Assembly: GCA_902526865.1 (NCBI GenBank)
Contig: CABZMK010000005.1
Coordinates: forward strand, 1 to 63,244
Length of the DNA: 63,244 nucleotides
Origin: an uncultured Alphaproteobacteria bacterium
GTDB lineage: Bacteria > Pseudomonadota > Alphaproteobacteria > Methylaequorales > Methylaequoraceae
Reading direction: 5' to 3'
Part shown: positions 30,484 through 40,367 of the stretch, one piece after another
How positions within the stretch are numbered: position 1 is the first letter of the stretch
How the letters are laid out: every line of letters begins with the position of its first letter
Position numbers and translations under genes: made by a program
Notes under the pieces: model-generated
The model's input: the letters and a program-made list of their open reading frames with translations, nothing else
Database searches by the model: none
Told to the model about the DNA's origin: nothing

Positions 30484-31058
30484 TCGATTCAAACAATATA
30501 TCTGTTTCAGGAAAACAAACAAAAGTAGGTAAGTCTCTAACCCATTATGTGAAAAATTCTTTGGTACAAACCCTAAAAAAATATTTTGATAATTTTATAA
30601 GTGGAAATATTCTTTTTTCTAAGGACACATTCAACTTTAGATGTGAAATTAATATTCACATTGATAGTGCGATATTTATTCAAAGTAACGCTGGTAGTAA
30701 TGACGCATATGGCGCATTCAATGTTGCAAACGAGAAAATAAAAAAAAGACTTAGAAGATATCATAGGAAACTGACTGATCACAGATTTAAGAATAGAAAA
30801 CCACTAAAATATCTCAAAGCAAACCAATATATTATTGAAAACCCTGAACTAAAAAATATGAAAGAAAATCTCTATGATCCTGTTATAATTGCCGAATCAG
30901 ACGATGTTATCAAAACAGTCTCTGTTAGTGAGGCAATAATGCTTATGAATTTAAAAGATCAAAATGCTATTTTCTTTAAAAATGTTCAGTCAAAAAGGCT
31001 TAATATTCTTTATAGAAGACCTGATGGTAATATAGGCTGGGTGGATCCAAAAAAATGA
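30480..31058 (+). CDS. hpf: Ribosome hibernation promoting factor, long form
   Basis: DAYGAF...KKRLRRYHRKL plus C-terminal SVSEAIM...YRRPDGNIGWVDP. Confidence 0.93.
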   Translation: MIDSNNISVSGKQTKVGKSLTHYVKNSLVQTLKKYFDNFISGNILFSKDTFNFRCEINIHIDSAIFIQSNAGSNDAYGAFNVANEKIKKRLRRYHRKLTDHRFKNRKPLKYLKANQYIIENPELKNMKENLYDPVIIAESDDVIKTVSVSEAIMLMNLKDQNAIFFKNVQSKRLNILYRRPDGNIGWVDPKK

Positions 31059-31501
31059 AATTAGTTGAATTTATTGCTCTTGATTCAATACTCGTTGATG
31101 TTGAAGTAGATAGTAAAAAAAATCTTTTCAAGTTTGTATCAAATTTCTTCGCCAAAAATGATTTAGAAGAAAGTTCAAAGATTATTGAAAAATTAAATGA
31201 AAGAGAGCGATTAGGCTCAACTGGTGTAGGTAATGGAATAGCTATTCCTCATTCAAAAATAAGTCTTATAGATAAGACAAGGGTATTATTTCTTAAATTA
31301 AAATCTGCTGTTGATTTTTCTGCACCAGACAAAAAGTATGTAGACTTGGTTTTTGTCATTCTGGCACCAAACAATTGTCAATCTGAACATCTGCTTGTCT
31401 TGTCATCGATAGCTAGTTTCATTAAAAACAAGAACCTTGTTGAGAAATTAAGAAAATTAAAGAACTCAAAAGAAATTTATAACTTTTTTGGACAAACCTA
31501 A
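31055..31501 (+). CDS. ptsN: PTS nitrogen-regulatory EIIA-Ntr
   Basis: ERERLGSTGVGNGIAIPH (phospho-His) and VDLVFVILAP...EHL. Confidence 0.93.
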   Translation: MKLVEFIALDSILVDVEVDSKKNLFKFVSNFFAKNDLEESSKIIEKLNERERLGSTGVGNGIAIPHSKISLIDKTRVLFLKLKSAVDFSAPDKKYVDLVFVILAPNNCQSEHLLVLSSIASFIKNKNLVEKLRKLKNSKEIYNFFGQT

Positions 31502-31716
31502 TGGAGATTAATGTGTTCAAGGCCTGATTGTAGAATTGCAGCTATTGCAGATTCTTTACTATCGAAGGCTGCGAGAAGGGTTCCATCAGCGCAGTAAACA
31601 GAAAAAACGTCGGTAGTAAAATTTTCTTCTTTATGAATTTCTTTCTTTACAAAAGCGTGGGAAGCATTTCCGTATTCAAGGAAATCGAAGCTATTTGTGC
31701 TATTGAATTTAGTCAT
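31498..31716 (-). CDS. DUF1150 family protein
   Basis: FSVYCADGTLLA; lies directly downstream of hsp20, the usual alphaproteobacterial pairing. Confidence 0.75.
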   Translation of the reverse strand: MTKFNSTNSFDFLEYGNASHAFVKKEIHKEENFTTDVFSVYCADGTLLAAFDSKESAIAAILQSGLEHINLH

Positions 31717-32176
31717 TTTTGTTTTCTCTTCCAAAGCTAATTAACTTATCATTTATTTTATTATTTTTATCTTTAATTTCAATCTTTTTTGACTCTTCAC
31801 TACTAATTGGTTGAGACAAATCAATAAATAACAATCCATTATCCATTGAAGCTTCTTCAACTTCTATGCCATCAGCTAAAATAAAATTTCTTTGGAACTG
31901 TCTAGTTGCAATTCCTCTATGTATGTATATTTTCTCAGAATCATTATCTTCTTTACTTCCCCTTATTTGAAGTTGATTTCCTTCTAAACTTATGTCCAGG
32001 TCTTTTTTGTTGAAGCCAGCAACAGCTATAGTTATCCTAATACTGTTAGGTGATGTTTGTTCAATATTATAGGGTGGGTACGAGTCGCTTGAAAGTTTTG
32101 AAATTCTATCAACAGTTCTTTCAAATTGGTCGAATCCCAACAAAAAAGGGCTGTTAAATACTGACATTCTACTCAT
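31709..32176 (-). CDS. ibpA: Small heat-shock protein (Hsp20/IbpA)
   Basis: SPFLLGFD, YPPYNIE, AVAGF, HRGIATRQF and NGLLFIDL. Confidence 0.93.
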   Translation of the reverse strand: MSRMSVFNSPFLLGFDQFERTVDRISKLSSDSYPPYNIEQTSPNSIRITIAVAGFNKKDLDISLEGNQLQIRGSKEDNDSEKIYIHRGIATRQFQRNFILADGIEVEEASMDNGLLFIDLSQPISSEESKKIEIKDKNNKINDKLISFGRENKND

Positions 32177-32178
32177 AA

Positions 32179-32196
32179 ATCCTCTACTCGAGCGAT
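32179..32196 (-). promoter_or_regulatory. ROSE-like RNA thermometer hairpin in the ibpA 5' UTR
   Basis: Minus strand AUC-G-CUC-GAGUA-GAG-GAU: the UCGCU motif pairs with the AGAGGA Shine-Dalgarno, leaving one bulged G, 2 nt before the AUG. Confidence 0.75.
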
Positions 32197-32295
32197 AAAC
32201 ACGAACCTTAAAAAAGCGCTCAATTAATTGTTACAATAAATTATCATATAAATCAATTTAATATTCTTTGATATTGAAAATAAAAAATAGATTTT

Positions 32296-32371
32296 TGGTG
32301 GAGCTGGACGGGATCGAACCGACGACCTTCTGAATGCCATCCAGACGCTCTCCCAACTGAGCTACAGCCCC
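32296..32371 (-). tRNA. tRNA-Ala(GGC)
   Basis: 76 nt GGGGCTGTAGCTCAGTTGGGAGAGCG-TCTGG-ATGGCAT-TCAGA...GGTTCGATCCC...CTCCACCA, with the G3:U70 pair. Confidence 0.97.
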
Positions 32372-32422
32372 AAAAATATTTCCATTTTTAAAACTTCTTT
32401 CAATGAAAAATAAACCAAATGA

Positions 32423-32728
32423 CTAAGAATCAGTTTCTCTCTCAATTTCCACGATATCATCGACATTGGATTCCTCAGAATCTACTGCTTCGGGGTTTGG
32501 TGTATCTTCTACTTCAATTTCTTGAACTTCCATATCTTTTGTTTCTTGATTATCTTCAGGTTTTAAAATCTTTGGTGGTCTTCCTCGCCTAGAAACATTT
32601 GTTAGAAGAGAATTTACATCAGCTCCACAATTCGGACAAACAATTGGATACTTTCCAAAATCAAAAAAAAGGGTACTACATTTAGTGCATTTTCTCTTAG
32701 CACCTTTGTCAAAATTTTCCATAATCAA
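32423..32728 (-). CDS. TIGR02300 / FYDLN-acid family protein
   Basis: GAKRKCTKCSTLFFDF...PIVCPNCG plus an acidic tail; usual position between tRNA-Ala and aroA. Confidence 0.88.
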   Translation of the reverse strand: MIMENFDKGAKRKCTKCSTLFFDFGKYPIVCPNCGADVNSLLTNVSRRGRPPKILKPEDNQETKDMEVQEIEVEDTPNPEAVDSEESNVDDIVEIERETDS

Positions 32729-32770
32729 CTTTCATTAATAAAGTAAATAAATTATATATCATAAATAGGA

Positions 32771-34090
32771 ATGAAAAAAATTATTACTCTTAAATCTTCT
32801 AAAAGTAAATCATTAAATGGAATAATAACCGTTCCTTCAGATAAATCCATTTCCATAAGATCACTAATCATATCATCAACCTGCCTTGGAAACACTAAAA
32901 TTTTCAAGCTTTTAGAGTCCGAGGATGTTCTGAACACCTTGAAAGTTCTCAAAAATTTAAAGATTAAAATAATTAAAAATAATGATTACTATGAAATTTT
33001 TGGCCAAGGAGGGTTTTTCTCTGATCCTCAAAAAATTTTACATTTTGGCAACTCTGGAACAGGAGTAAGGTTAATGGCTGGTTTGCTGAGCACTAGTGCA
33101 ATCAATGCAACATTAACAGGTGACAAATCATTGTCATCCAGACCAATGAAAAGAATAATTGATCCTCTCCACGAAATGAATGTATCCATCACACACAATA
33201 ACGGTTTACTTCCAATTAAAGTCTTTAATCGAAATAATCAACACATTCCCATTAACCATACTTTAAATGTTGGTTCCGCCCAAGTAAAAAGTTGCATATT
33301 ACTTGCAGCTTTAAATACGAAAGGTACAACTAAAATTGTGGAAAAAATCCCATCTAGAGATCATACGGAGATAATGCTTAAATTTTTAGGAGCAAACTTA
33401 ATTAAGGAAAAAAATGTAATTAAATTAACATCACCAAACTTTCTTAAACCGAAGGAATTAAAAATTCCTGGAGATTTTAGTTCTGCTGCATTTGTTATTA
33501 TCGCAGTTCTTCTCTCTAAGAAAAGCAAAGTAACATTAAAAGATGTAGGTCTAAATTATTACAGGACTGGTCTTTTAGACGTTTTAAAAAAAATGAATGC
33601 TAATATAACCGTTAAAAATAAAAGAAAATTTAATGGCGAAATTGTTGGTGACATTGAAGTCGTGAGTTCAAATTTAGTAGCAACAGTTGTGAATAAGAGT
33701 ATAGTTCCAAGACTTATTGATGAGTATCCAATATTATTCGTTGCAGCTTCTTTTGCATCAGGAACTTCTGAATTTTATGGTTTAAAAGAATTAAAAGTAA
33801 AAGAAAGTAATAGACTAAGTTCTATGTCTAATGCACTTTCAAAGAATGGAGTGAAATTAGAGTTGGGTAATGATTCTATCAAAATCTACGGTGAAGAAAC
33901 TCAAGAAGGAGGAAGTCATGTTGAAACAGAAAATGATCATAGAGTAGCAATGTCGATGTTGATTTTTGGTTTTTTTTCAAACAAATCAATAGTTATTGAT
34001 GAGATGGAAATGATAAAGACATCTTTTCCCAGTTTCAGAGAACTCTTCCAGAAATTAGGCGCTAAAATTGAATATTTTCAAAAATTCTAA
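32771..34090 (+). CDS. aroA: 3-phosphoshikimate 1-carboxyvinyltransferase
   Basis: PSDKSISIR, GNSGTGVRL, SAQVKS, SRDHTE, ELKVKESNR and DHRVAM. Confidence 0.97.
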   Translation: MKKIITLKSSKSKSLNGIITVPSDKSISIRSLIISSTCLGNTKIFKLLESEDVLNTLKVLKNLKIKIIKNNDYYEIFGQGGFFSDPQKILHFGNSGTGVRLMAGLLSTSAINATLTGDKSLSSRPMKRIIDPLHEMNVSITHNNGLLPIKVFNRNNQHIPINHTLNVGSAQVKSCILLAALNTKGTTKIVEKIPSRDHTEIMLKFLGANLIKEKNVIKLTSPNFLKPKELKIPGDFSSAAFVIIAVLLSKKSKVTLKDVGLNYYRTGLLDVLKKMNANITVKNKRKFNGEIVGDIEVVSSNLVATVVNKSIVPRLIDEYPILFVAASFASGTSEFYGLKELKVKESNRLSSMSNALSKNGVKLELGNDSIKIYGEETQEGGSHVETENDHRVAMSMLIFGFFSNKSIVIDEMEMIKTSFPSFRELFQKLGAKIEYFQKF

Positions 34091-34715
34091 ACCAGTAATT
34101 GCAATTGACGGAACAGCAGGATCAGGAAAAGGTACACTTGCAAAAAATTTATCTAGAAAACTTAATTTTGATCACTTGGATACTGGACTTCTATATAGAA
34201 TATATGCGTTTGAAAGTATTAAAAAGAGTGGAAAGCAACTACCTGCAAAGATCAATTTTAACAAATGGTTTACAAATACTAGTAAACTAGATGGTTTAAG
34301 GTCAGAGAAAATTTCAAAGCTTGCATCTCAAATTTCGCAATCAACTGAAGTTAGGAAATCACTTGTTAATTTTCAAAGAAACTTTGCGAACAATCCTCCC
34401 AAAGGAAAAGGTTCCATTATTGATGGTAGAGACATTGGAACAATAATTATTCCTAATGCTGAAGTAAAATTTTTTATAGATGCAAATGTTGAAATCAGAG
34501 CGTCTAGACGAAATAAACAATTAAAACTAAGTTCGTTGGATCTTTCCAATACCATTGCAAATATGAAAAAAAGAGATATCCAAGATTCTGAAAGGGATGT
34601 TTCACCTCTTAAACCAGCTGTTGATAGCTTCAGGATTGATACATCAGAGATAAATGAAATACAAGTCCTTGACCTAGCATTAAGATATATAAGAAAAAGA
34701 ATTGATTTTATTTAA
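34068..34715 (+). CDS. cmk: Cytidylate kinase
   Basis: IAIDGTAGSGKGT, LDTGLLYR, DGRDIGT and RDIQDSER. Confidence 0.95.
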   Translation: MNIFKNSKPVIAIDGTAGSGKGTLAKNLSRKLNFDHLDTGLLYRIYAFESIKKSGKQLPAKINFNKWFTNTSKLDGLRSEKISKLASQISQSTEVRKSLVNFQRNFANNPPKGKGSIIDGRDIGTIIIPNAEVKFFIDANVEIRASRRNKQLKLSSLDLSNTIANMKKRDIQDSERDVSPLKPAVDSFRIDTSEINEIQVLDLALRYIRKRIDFI

Positions 34716-34774
34716 TAATTGCATATCACTTGAAAATTTTGTAATTGTATTCAATAAATTATATAGGAAATTAA

Positions 34775-36457
34775 TTGGTAGAAAATTTTAGTGAATTATT
34801 AGAAGAAAGCCTATCAGAATTTAAATACAAAGAAGGTCAAATAATTAAAGGCACAGTACTTTCAATCGTTAACGATACAGTTGTAGTTGATGTAGGGCTT
34901 AAAGCTGAAGGAAGAATCCCCATAAAAGAGTTCCATTCACCAGGAGAAGAACATAGCGTTAAAGTAGGAGATAAATACGATGTGTATCTTGAAAAACTAG
35001 AAAATAAAGAGGGTGAGGCTCTTTTGAGTCGAGAAAGAGCGAGAAAAGAAGAATCCTGGTCGAATCTTGAAAAGCAACAAAATCAAAAGGAACAAGTAAC
35101 GGGGGTAATCACAGGGAGAGTTAAAGGTGGATTTGCAGTCGACATTAATGGAGCAGTAGCTTTTCTTCCCGGAAGTCAAGTAGACCTTAAACCAATCAAA
35201 GATATTTCTCCTCTTCTAAATAAACCTCAACCAATGATAATTCTTAAAATGGATAAATTAAGAGGTAATATTGTTGTCTCTAGAAGAGTTCTGTTAGAGG
35301 AATCTAGAAAAGCTGACAGAAGTAAACTTTTATCAGATATAAATGAAGGGGATAAACTTAAAGGTGTAGTCAAAAATATTACAGATTACGGAGTTTTCGT
35401 CGACTTGGGAGGAATGGATGGATTAATTCACGTCACAGACATTTCGTGGGAAAGAGTAAATCATCCATCTGAAATGTTTAAGATTGGCGAAGAGATCGAA
35501 GTGATTGTGATAAAATATGACAAAGAAAATAATCGCATTAGTTTAGGTCTTAAACAATTAACGGACGATCCTTGGAAAAACGTTGAGAATATATACAAGG
35601 TTGGCGCTAAAATAAAATCACAAATATCAAGTATAGCAGATTACGGAGCGTTTATTGAGTTAGAAAAGGGAGTTGAAGGTCTTATCCACACTTCTGAGAT
35701 GAGCTGGGTAAACAAAAATATTAACCCAAATTCAATCCTCAAGGTTGGCGAAGAAGTGGAAGTAACGATTTTAGAAATTGATAATGCTAAAAGAAGAATA
35801 AGTTTGGGACTTAAACAATGCACCGAGAACCCATGGAAAATCTTTGCTTCGACAAAAAAAGTAGGTGATATTGCTGAAGGCGAAATAAAAAATATCACAG
35901 ATTTTGGAATCTTCGTTGGTTTAACAAAAGAACTTGACGGATTAATTCATGCTTCAGATGTTTCTTGGCAAGATAGCAGTTCGACAGCGATTGAAAAATA
36001 TAAGATAGGTGAAAAAGTTAAATTTAAAATTTTGGATATTGATGTCGAAAAAGAAAGAGTGTCTCTGGGTATTAAACAACTTACAAAAAGTTCAATTAAA
36101 GAAGATAAATTTGTGAATAAAACAATGACATGTATTATTGAAAAAATTGAAGAGGATAAAGTTTTTGTTAGTTTTGAAAAAGCTTCAAAGGGATTTGTAA
36201 AAAAATCTAACTTAGCAAAAGTTAAAACAGAACAAAATACATCCAGATTTGCTGTCGGTGAAAAAATTGATGCAAAGGTTTTAAAGAAAATTGCTAAAGA
36301 TGATAACTATGAGTTGTCAATTAAAGACCTAGAAATTCAGGAAGAAAAAGAAGCTCTTAAAGAATATGGTTCATCCTCTTCAGGAGCAAGTATAGGTGAT
36401 ATTATAGGTGCTGCATTAGAAGAAGATAAAAAGAAGTCAAAAGATGAAACCAAATGA
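34775..36457 (+). CDS. rpsA: 30S ribosomal protein S1
   Basis: TTG start; repeated S1 domains (NITDYGVFVDLGGMDGLIHVTD and similar). Confidence 0.98.
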   Translation: MVENFSELLEESLSEFKYKEGQIIKGTVLSIVNDTVVVDVGLKAEGRIPIKEFHSPGEEHSVKVGDKYDVYLEKLENKEGEALLSRERARKEESWSNLEKQQNQKEQVTGVITGRVKGGFAVDINGAVAFLPGSQVDLKPIKDISPLLNKPQPMIILKMDKLRGNIVVSRRVLLEESRKADRSKLLSDINEGDKLKGVVKNITDYGVFVDLGGMDGLIHVTDISWERVNHPSEMFKIGEEIEVIVIKYDKENNRISLGLKQLTDDPWKNVENIYKVGAKIKSQISSIADYGAFIELEKGVEGLIHTSEMSWVNKNINPNSILKVGEEVEVTILEIDNAKRRISLGLKQCTENPWKIFASTKKVGDIAEGEIKNITDFGIFVGLTKELDGLIHASDVSWQDSSSTAIEKYKIGEKVKFKILDIDVEKERVSLGIKQLTKSSIKEDKFVNKTMTCIIEKIEEDKVFVSFEKASKGFVKKSNLAKVKTEQNTSRFAVGEKIDAKVLKKIAKDDNYELSIKDLEIQEEKEALKEYGSSSSGASIGDIIGAALEEDKKKSKDETK

Positions 36458-37337
36458 CTTTTTAGAACAATTTTATACAAAAAGACAATCAATAATAAAA
36501 CGTTTACTAATCATTGTAATTGCGATTCTGTTAGTAGTTACTACCTCACTTCAATTTCAACAAAAAGAAAATTTTATAGCAAAAATAACTGTCGAAGGAA
36601 TCATAAAAGATAGAAACGATATACTTGAACAATTGAAGGACTTAGACAACGATCAAAACGTGAAAGGACTTATAACTATTATTAATAGTCCTGGAGGTAC
36701 ATATGTGGGAAGTAAAGAAATTCATGAATCAATTAAAAAATTAGGCAAAAAAATACCTACGGTTGCTTATATGAGAGAAATGGCTACGTCAGGTGGCTAT
36801 CTTGTATCTTTAAGTTCTGACAGAATTTTTGGGAATGAGGGTACTATTACAGGGTCAATAGGTGTAATACTTCAAACGGCAGATATCAGTCAACTTCTTA
36901 ATAAATTAGGCATTAATCCAGTAATCATTAAAAGTGGTGATTTCAAAGCGGTACCTAATCCTGCTGAAAAAATCGATGAAAAAAAATTAAATTACTTAAA
37001 AGATATTATAAAAAAAATGCAAACAGAATTTTTGAATTTAGTTAAGAAAAGTAGAGATATATCAAATTCCACAATAGATTTGGTTTCAGATGGAAGAATT
37101 GTAACAGGAAAACAAGCTAAAGATTTGAAGCTAATAGATGCTGTTGGAACTGAAAATGACGCATTATCGTGGTTAAAAAAGGAAGCTGGGTTGGATGATG
37201 ATGTAAGAGTGAAAGATTTGTCAATTCAAAGTGAAATTACAGAATTGTTGAATTTTAGTTTTTTGAAAAAAAAGATTAATTATTTAAATCAAAACATTTA
37301 TAATGGATTTATTGCTATTTGGACACCTGGAATATGA
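36444..37337 (+). CDS. sppA: Signal peptide peptidase SppA (36K type)
   Basis: INSPGG, MATSGGYLVS and TITGSIGVI. Confidence 0.92.
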   Translation: MKPNDFLEQFYTKRQSIIKRLLIIVIAILLVVTTSLQFQQKENFIAKITVEGIIKDRNDILEQLKDLDNDQNVKGLITIINSPGGTYVGSKEIHESIKKLGKKIPTVAYMREMATSGGYLVSLSSDRIFGNEGTITGSIGVILQTADISQLLNKLGINPVIIKSGDFKAVPNPAEKIDEKKLNYLKDIIKKMQTEFLNLVKKSRDISNSTIDLVSDGRIVTGKQAKDLKLIDAVGTENDALSWLKKEAGLDDDVRVKDLSIQSEITELLNFSFLKKKINYLNQNIYNGFIAIWTPGI

Positions 37338-37621
37338 AAAAGTCAGATATTTTGAAAGAACTTGAAAATAGATTCGATTATTTACCTAGAAGGGAAGTTG
37401 AAAGAACACTTGAAAAGATTCTGCAATTTCTTTCTTCAAATTTAGCCAAGGGTGCTAGAATTGAAATTAGAGATTTTGGGACTTTTTCAACAAAATCTCG
37501 AGAAAACAGAATAGGACGCAACCCTTCATCAGGAGAAAAGATAGAAATTAAAAAGAAGAATTTCGTACATTTTATACCTGGAAAAAAATTAAGAAAGGGA
37601 ATTAATGTCATCAAAGATTAA
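37334..37621 (+). CDS. ihfB: Integration host factor beta subunit
   Basis: MKKSDIL...RIEIRDFGTFS...GRNPSSGE...HFIPGKKLR; start at ATG 37334. Confidence 0.93.
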   Translation: MKKSDILKELENRFDYLPRREVERTLEKILQFLSSNLAKGARIEIRDFGTFSTKSRENRIGRNPSSGEKIEIKKKNFVHFIPGKKLRKGINVIKD

Positions 37622-37825
37622 AAAAATGATTGGATTCATTTTCTTTTTTTTTTTTTAACTTTTTTTTCCCTTTTTTCTTTAGGAAATAAATATCTGGTTA
37701 AGATAAATCTATTTCCATTTCCTTTTTTTTTTGAACTACCTTTATATATTCTTGTCTTAATACTTATATTTGCAGGATTCTTATTAGGTTTAATTTTTTC
37801 ATTTTTAAAAAAACTATTTGGTTAG
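37605..37825 (+). pseudogene. LapA/DUF1049-like small membrane protein, frameshifted in a T13 tract (absent from the ORF track)
   Basis: ATG 37605 reads MSSKIKKMIGFIFFFFF then TAA. Adding one T to 37644-37656 joins LTFFSLFSLGNKYLVKINLFPFPFFFELPLYILVLILIFAGFLLGLIFSFLKKLFG*. Occupies the ihfB-pyrF slot. Confidence 0.75.
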
Positions 37826-37829
37826 AAAT

Positions 37830-38537
37830 ATGAATTTTAAAGATTTTATTTTTTGTGCAATTGACTTTACAGATATAGAACAATCAAAAAGGTTTATATC
37901 AAAAATACAAAAACATGTTGGTGGAATCAAAATTGGTCTAGAGTTTTTTTCCAGGAATGGGCCTTCAGGATTTCTTGAAATTAAAAAACTTGGAATACCA
38001 GTCTTCCTAGATTTAAAGCTAAAAGATATACCCAACACGGTTAAAAAATCTGCTCAAAATCTAATTAATTTGAAGCCTGACTATTTGTCTATTCACCTTT
38101 CTGGTGGCTTCAAAATGGTTGAGGACGTGGTTTCAATTAAAAATAATACAAAAATTTTAGGCATTTCAATGCTCACAAGCTTAGATAACTTAGATTTAAA
38201 AAGTTTTGGTTATAATTTAAGTAATTTAGATTATGTAGAGAATTTAGCGAAAATTGGAGTAAAAGCTGGCATCGATGGTTTAGTTTCTTCAGCTGAAGAG
38301 GTTCCTCACTTAAAAAGACATTTAAATAACACCAATATGCTATTCGTTACACCTGGTATAAGACTTTATAAAAATAAGATGAATGATCAAAAAAGGATAA
38401 ATTCGCCTGGTCAGGCTATTAAAAATGGCTCAAGAATGTTAATTATTGGAAGATCAATTACACAATCTGGCAATCCAATTAATTCAATTAAGTGCATTTT
38501 AAAGGATATAGAAAAACACTATGAACATAAAAATTAA
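37830..38537 (+). CDS. pyrF: Orotidine-5'-phosphate decarboxylase
   Basis: AIDF, KIGLEFF, DLKLKDIPNTV, VTPGIR and DQKR...IIGRSIT. Confidence 0.96.
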   Translation: MNFKDFIFCAIDFTDIEQSKRFISKIQKHVGGIKIGLEFFSRNGPSGFLEIKKLGIPVFLDLKLKDIPNTVKKSAQNLINLKPDYLSIHLSGGFKMVEDVVSIKNNTKILGISMLTSLDNLDLKSFGYNLSNLDYVENLAKIGVKAGIDGLVSSAEEVPHLKRHLNNTNMLFVTPGIRLYKNKMNDQKRINSPGQAIKNGSRMLIIGRSITQSGNPINSIKCILKDIEKHYEHKN

Positions 38538-39159
38538 ATTGTGCGGACTTCGTGATAAAGAATCAATTTTAGCAAGTTCAGGTGCAAACTATATAGGTTT
38601 TGTTTTCTATCAAAAATCTCCTAGATTTATAAATGCTTTAGAAGCAAAAAAACTTAGACATTATATAAATGATAATCAAAAACTTGTTGGACTTTTTGTA
38701 GACGCTGATTTGCATTTGATTAATCATATTTCAGAAACTCTTTGTTTAGACGTCATTCAACTCCATGGAAGTGAGGATTTGAATTATATAAGTGAAATTA
38801 AGAAATTAAAAAAACCCATAATAAAAGCAATACCAATTAAAGAAGTTTCAGATATTAAAAGAGCACGTGAATATGAAAAATTATGCGATATGATATTGTT
38901 TGATACAAAAAGCGAATCTGATGTTAGTGGAGGAACAGGAATTTCATTTGATTGGAAACTCCTTAAAGGATATTATTCACAAAAAGAATGGATTCTAGCA
39001 GGCGGGTTAAACGAAGAAAATATTGAAGAGGCTTTAAAAATTACAAAGGCTAAATTTATTGATGTTTCGTCAGGAGTAGAAATGTCCAGAGGAGAAAAAT
39101 GTCAAAAAAAAATCAAAAGCTTTATTAAGCATGTCAAAAATTATGAAAAAAACAAATAA
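38521..39159 (+). CDS. trpF: Phosphoribosylanthranilate isomerase
   Basis: [40 protein letters not shown] and DVSSGVE. Confidence 0.96.
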   Translation: MNIKIKLCGLRDKESILASSGANYIGFVFYQKSPRFINALEAKKLRHYINDNQKLVGLFVDADLHLINHISETLCLDVIQLHGSEDLNYISEIKKLKKPIIKAIPIKEVSDIKRAREYEKLCDMILFDTKSESDVSGGTGISFDWKLLKGYYSQKEWILAGGLNEENIEEALKITKAKFIDVSSGVEMSRGEKCQKKIKSFIKHVKNYEKNK

Positions 39160-40360
39160 AATTAACTATTATAAGTTTCCTGATAAACATGGAAGATTTG
39201 GAAAATTTGGAGGAAGATTTGTGGCAGAGACGCTGATGCCTTTGTTACTTGATGTTGAAAAAAAATACAAAGAAGTAAGAAGATCAAAGAAGTTTAAAAA
39301 TGAACTCAACTATTATTTTGAAAATTACGTCGGAAGACCAAGCCCACTCTATTATGCTAAAAGAATTTCTAAAGAGATTGGGGATGTAAAAGTCTATTTC
39401 AAAAGAGACGAACTAAATCATACCGGCGCTCACAAGATTAATAATTGTGTGGGGCAAGTACTTTTAGCAAAAAAGATGGGTAAAAAAAGAATTGTTGCAG
39501 AAACAGGAGCTGGGCAACATGGACTTGCAACAGCAACTGTCTGTGCACTTTTCAACCTAAAATGTGTTGTGTACATGGGTGCTTTAGATATTAAAAGACA
39601 AGCCCCAAATGTATTCAAAATGAAATTGCTTGGAGCTGAGATTATCCCAGTACAATCTGGGACATCCACATTAAAAGATGCCATGAATGAAGCATTAAGA
39701 GATTGGGTATCCAATGTTAAAGATACCTTTTATGTAATAGGAACCGTCGCTGGACCGCATCCTTATCCAATGATGGTAAGAGATTTTCAATCAATAATTG
39801 GGATAGAAGCAAAGAAGCAAATCCTTAAAGTTGAAAAAAGACTTCCTGATTATTTGGTTGCTTGTATAGGTGGAGGGTCAAACGCACTTGGTCTTTTTTA
39901 TCCATTTCTTAACAACGAAGATGTAAACATTATTGGAATTGAAGCAGGAGGAAAAGGTATAAACTCTAAAATGCATGCAGCTTCTTTATCAAAAGGAAAA
40001 CCAGGTTTTTTACATGGTAATTATACTTATTTACTACAAAACGAAGAAGGACAAATTACTGATGCACATTCAATTTCTGCAGGTTTAGATTATCCTGGCA
40101 TCGGGCCTGAACATTCATGGCTTAAGGAGACGGGAAGAGTGAATTATTTTAGTGCTACTGATAAAGAGGCACTAAGCGCATTCAAAATTTGTTCAAAACT
40201 GGAAGGTATTATTCCTGCTCTTGAACCATCCCATGCTTTATCATATCTTCTAAAAAACTCTAAAAAATTCAAAAAAAATCAAATCATAATAATGAATATG
40301 TGTGGTAGAGGGGACAAGGATATTTTTTCTATCTCTGACAACTTAGGTATAAAAATTTAG
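39131..40360 (+). CDS. trpB: Tryptophan synthase beta chain (alternative start 39143)
   Basis: [15 protein letters not shown] (PLP Lys), AETGAGQHG and [13 protein letters not shown]. Confidence 0.98.
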   Translation: MSKIMKKTNKINYYKFPDKHGRFGKFGGRFVAETLMPLLLDVEKKYKEVRRSKKFKNELNYYFENYVGRPSPLYYAKRISKEIGDVKVYFKRDELNHTGAHKINNCVGQVLLAKKMGKKRIVAETGAGQHGLATATVCALFNLKCVVYMGALDIKRQAPNVFKMKLLGAEIIPVQSGTSTLKDAMNEALRDWVSNVKDTFYVIGTVAGPHPYPMMVRDFQSIIGIEAKKQILKVEKRLPDYLVACIGGGSNALGLFYPFLNNEDVNIIGIEAGGKGINSKMHAASLSKGKPGFLHGNYTYLLQNEEGQITDAHSISAGLDYPGIGPEHSWLKETGRVNYFSATDKEALSAFKICSKLEGIIPALEPSHALSYLLKNSKKFKKNQIIIMNMCGRGDKDIFSISDNLGIKI

Positions 40361-40367
40361 GATTTGA

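Noticed and set aside
34775-36457. Internal repeats in rpsA
   Set aside because: Explained by the tandem S1 domains.
37818-38537. PyrF motif DLKLKDIPNT lacks the usual His
   Set aside because: The catalytic Asp-Lys-Asp residues are intact and this position varies naturally.
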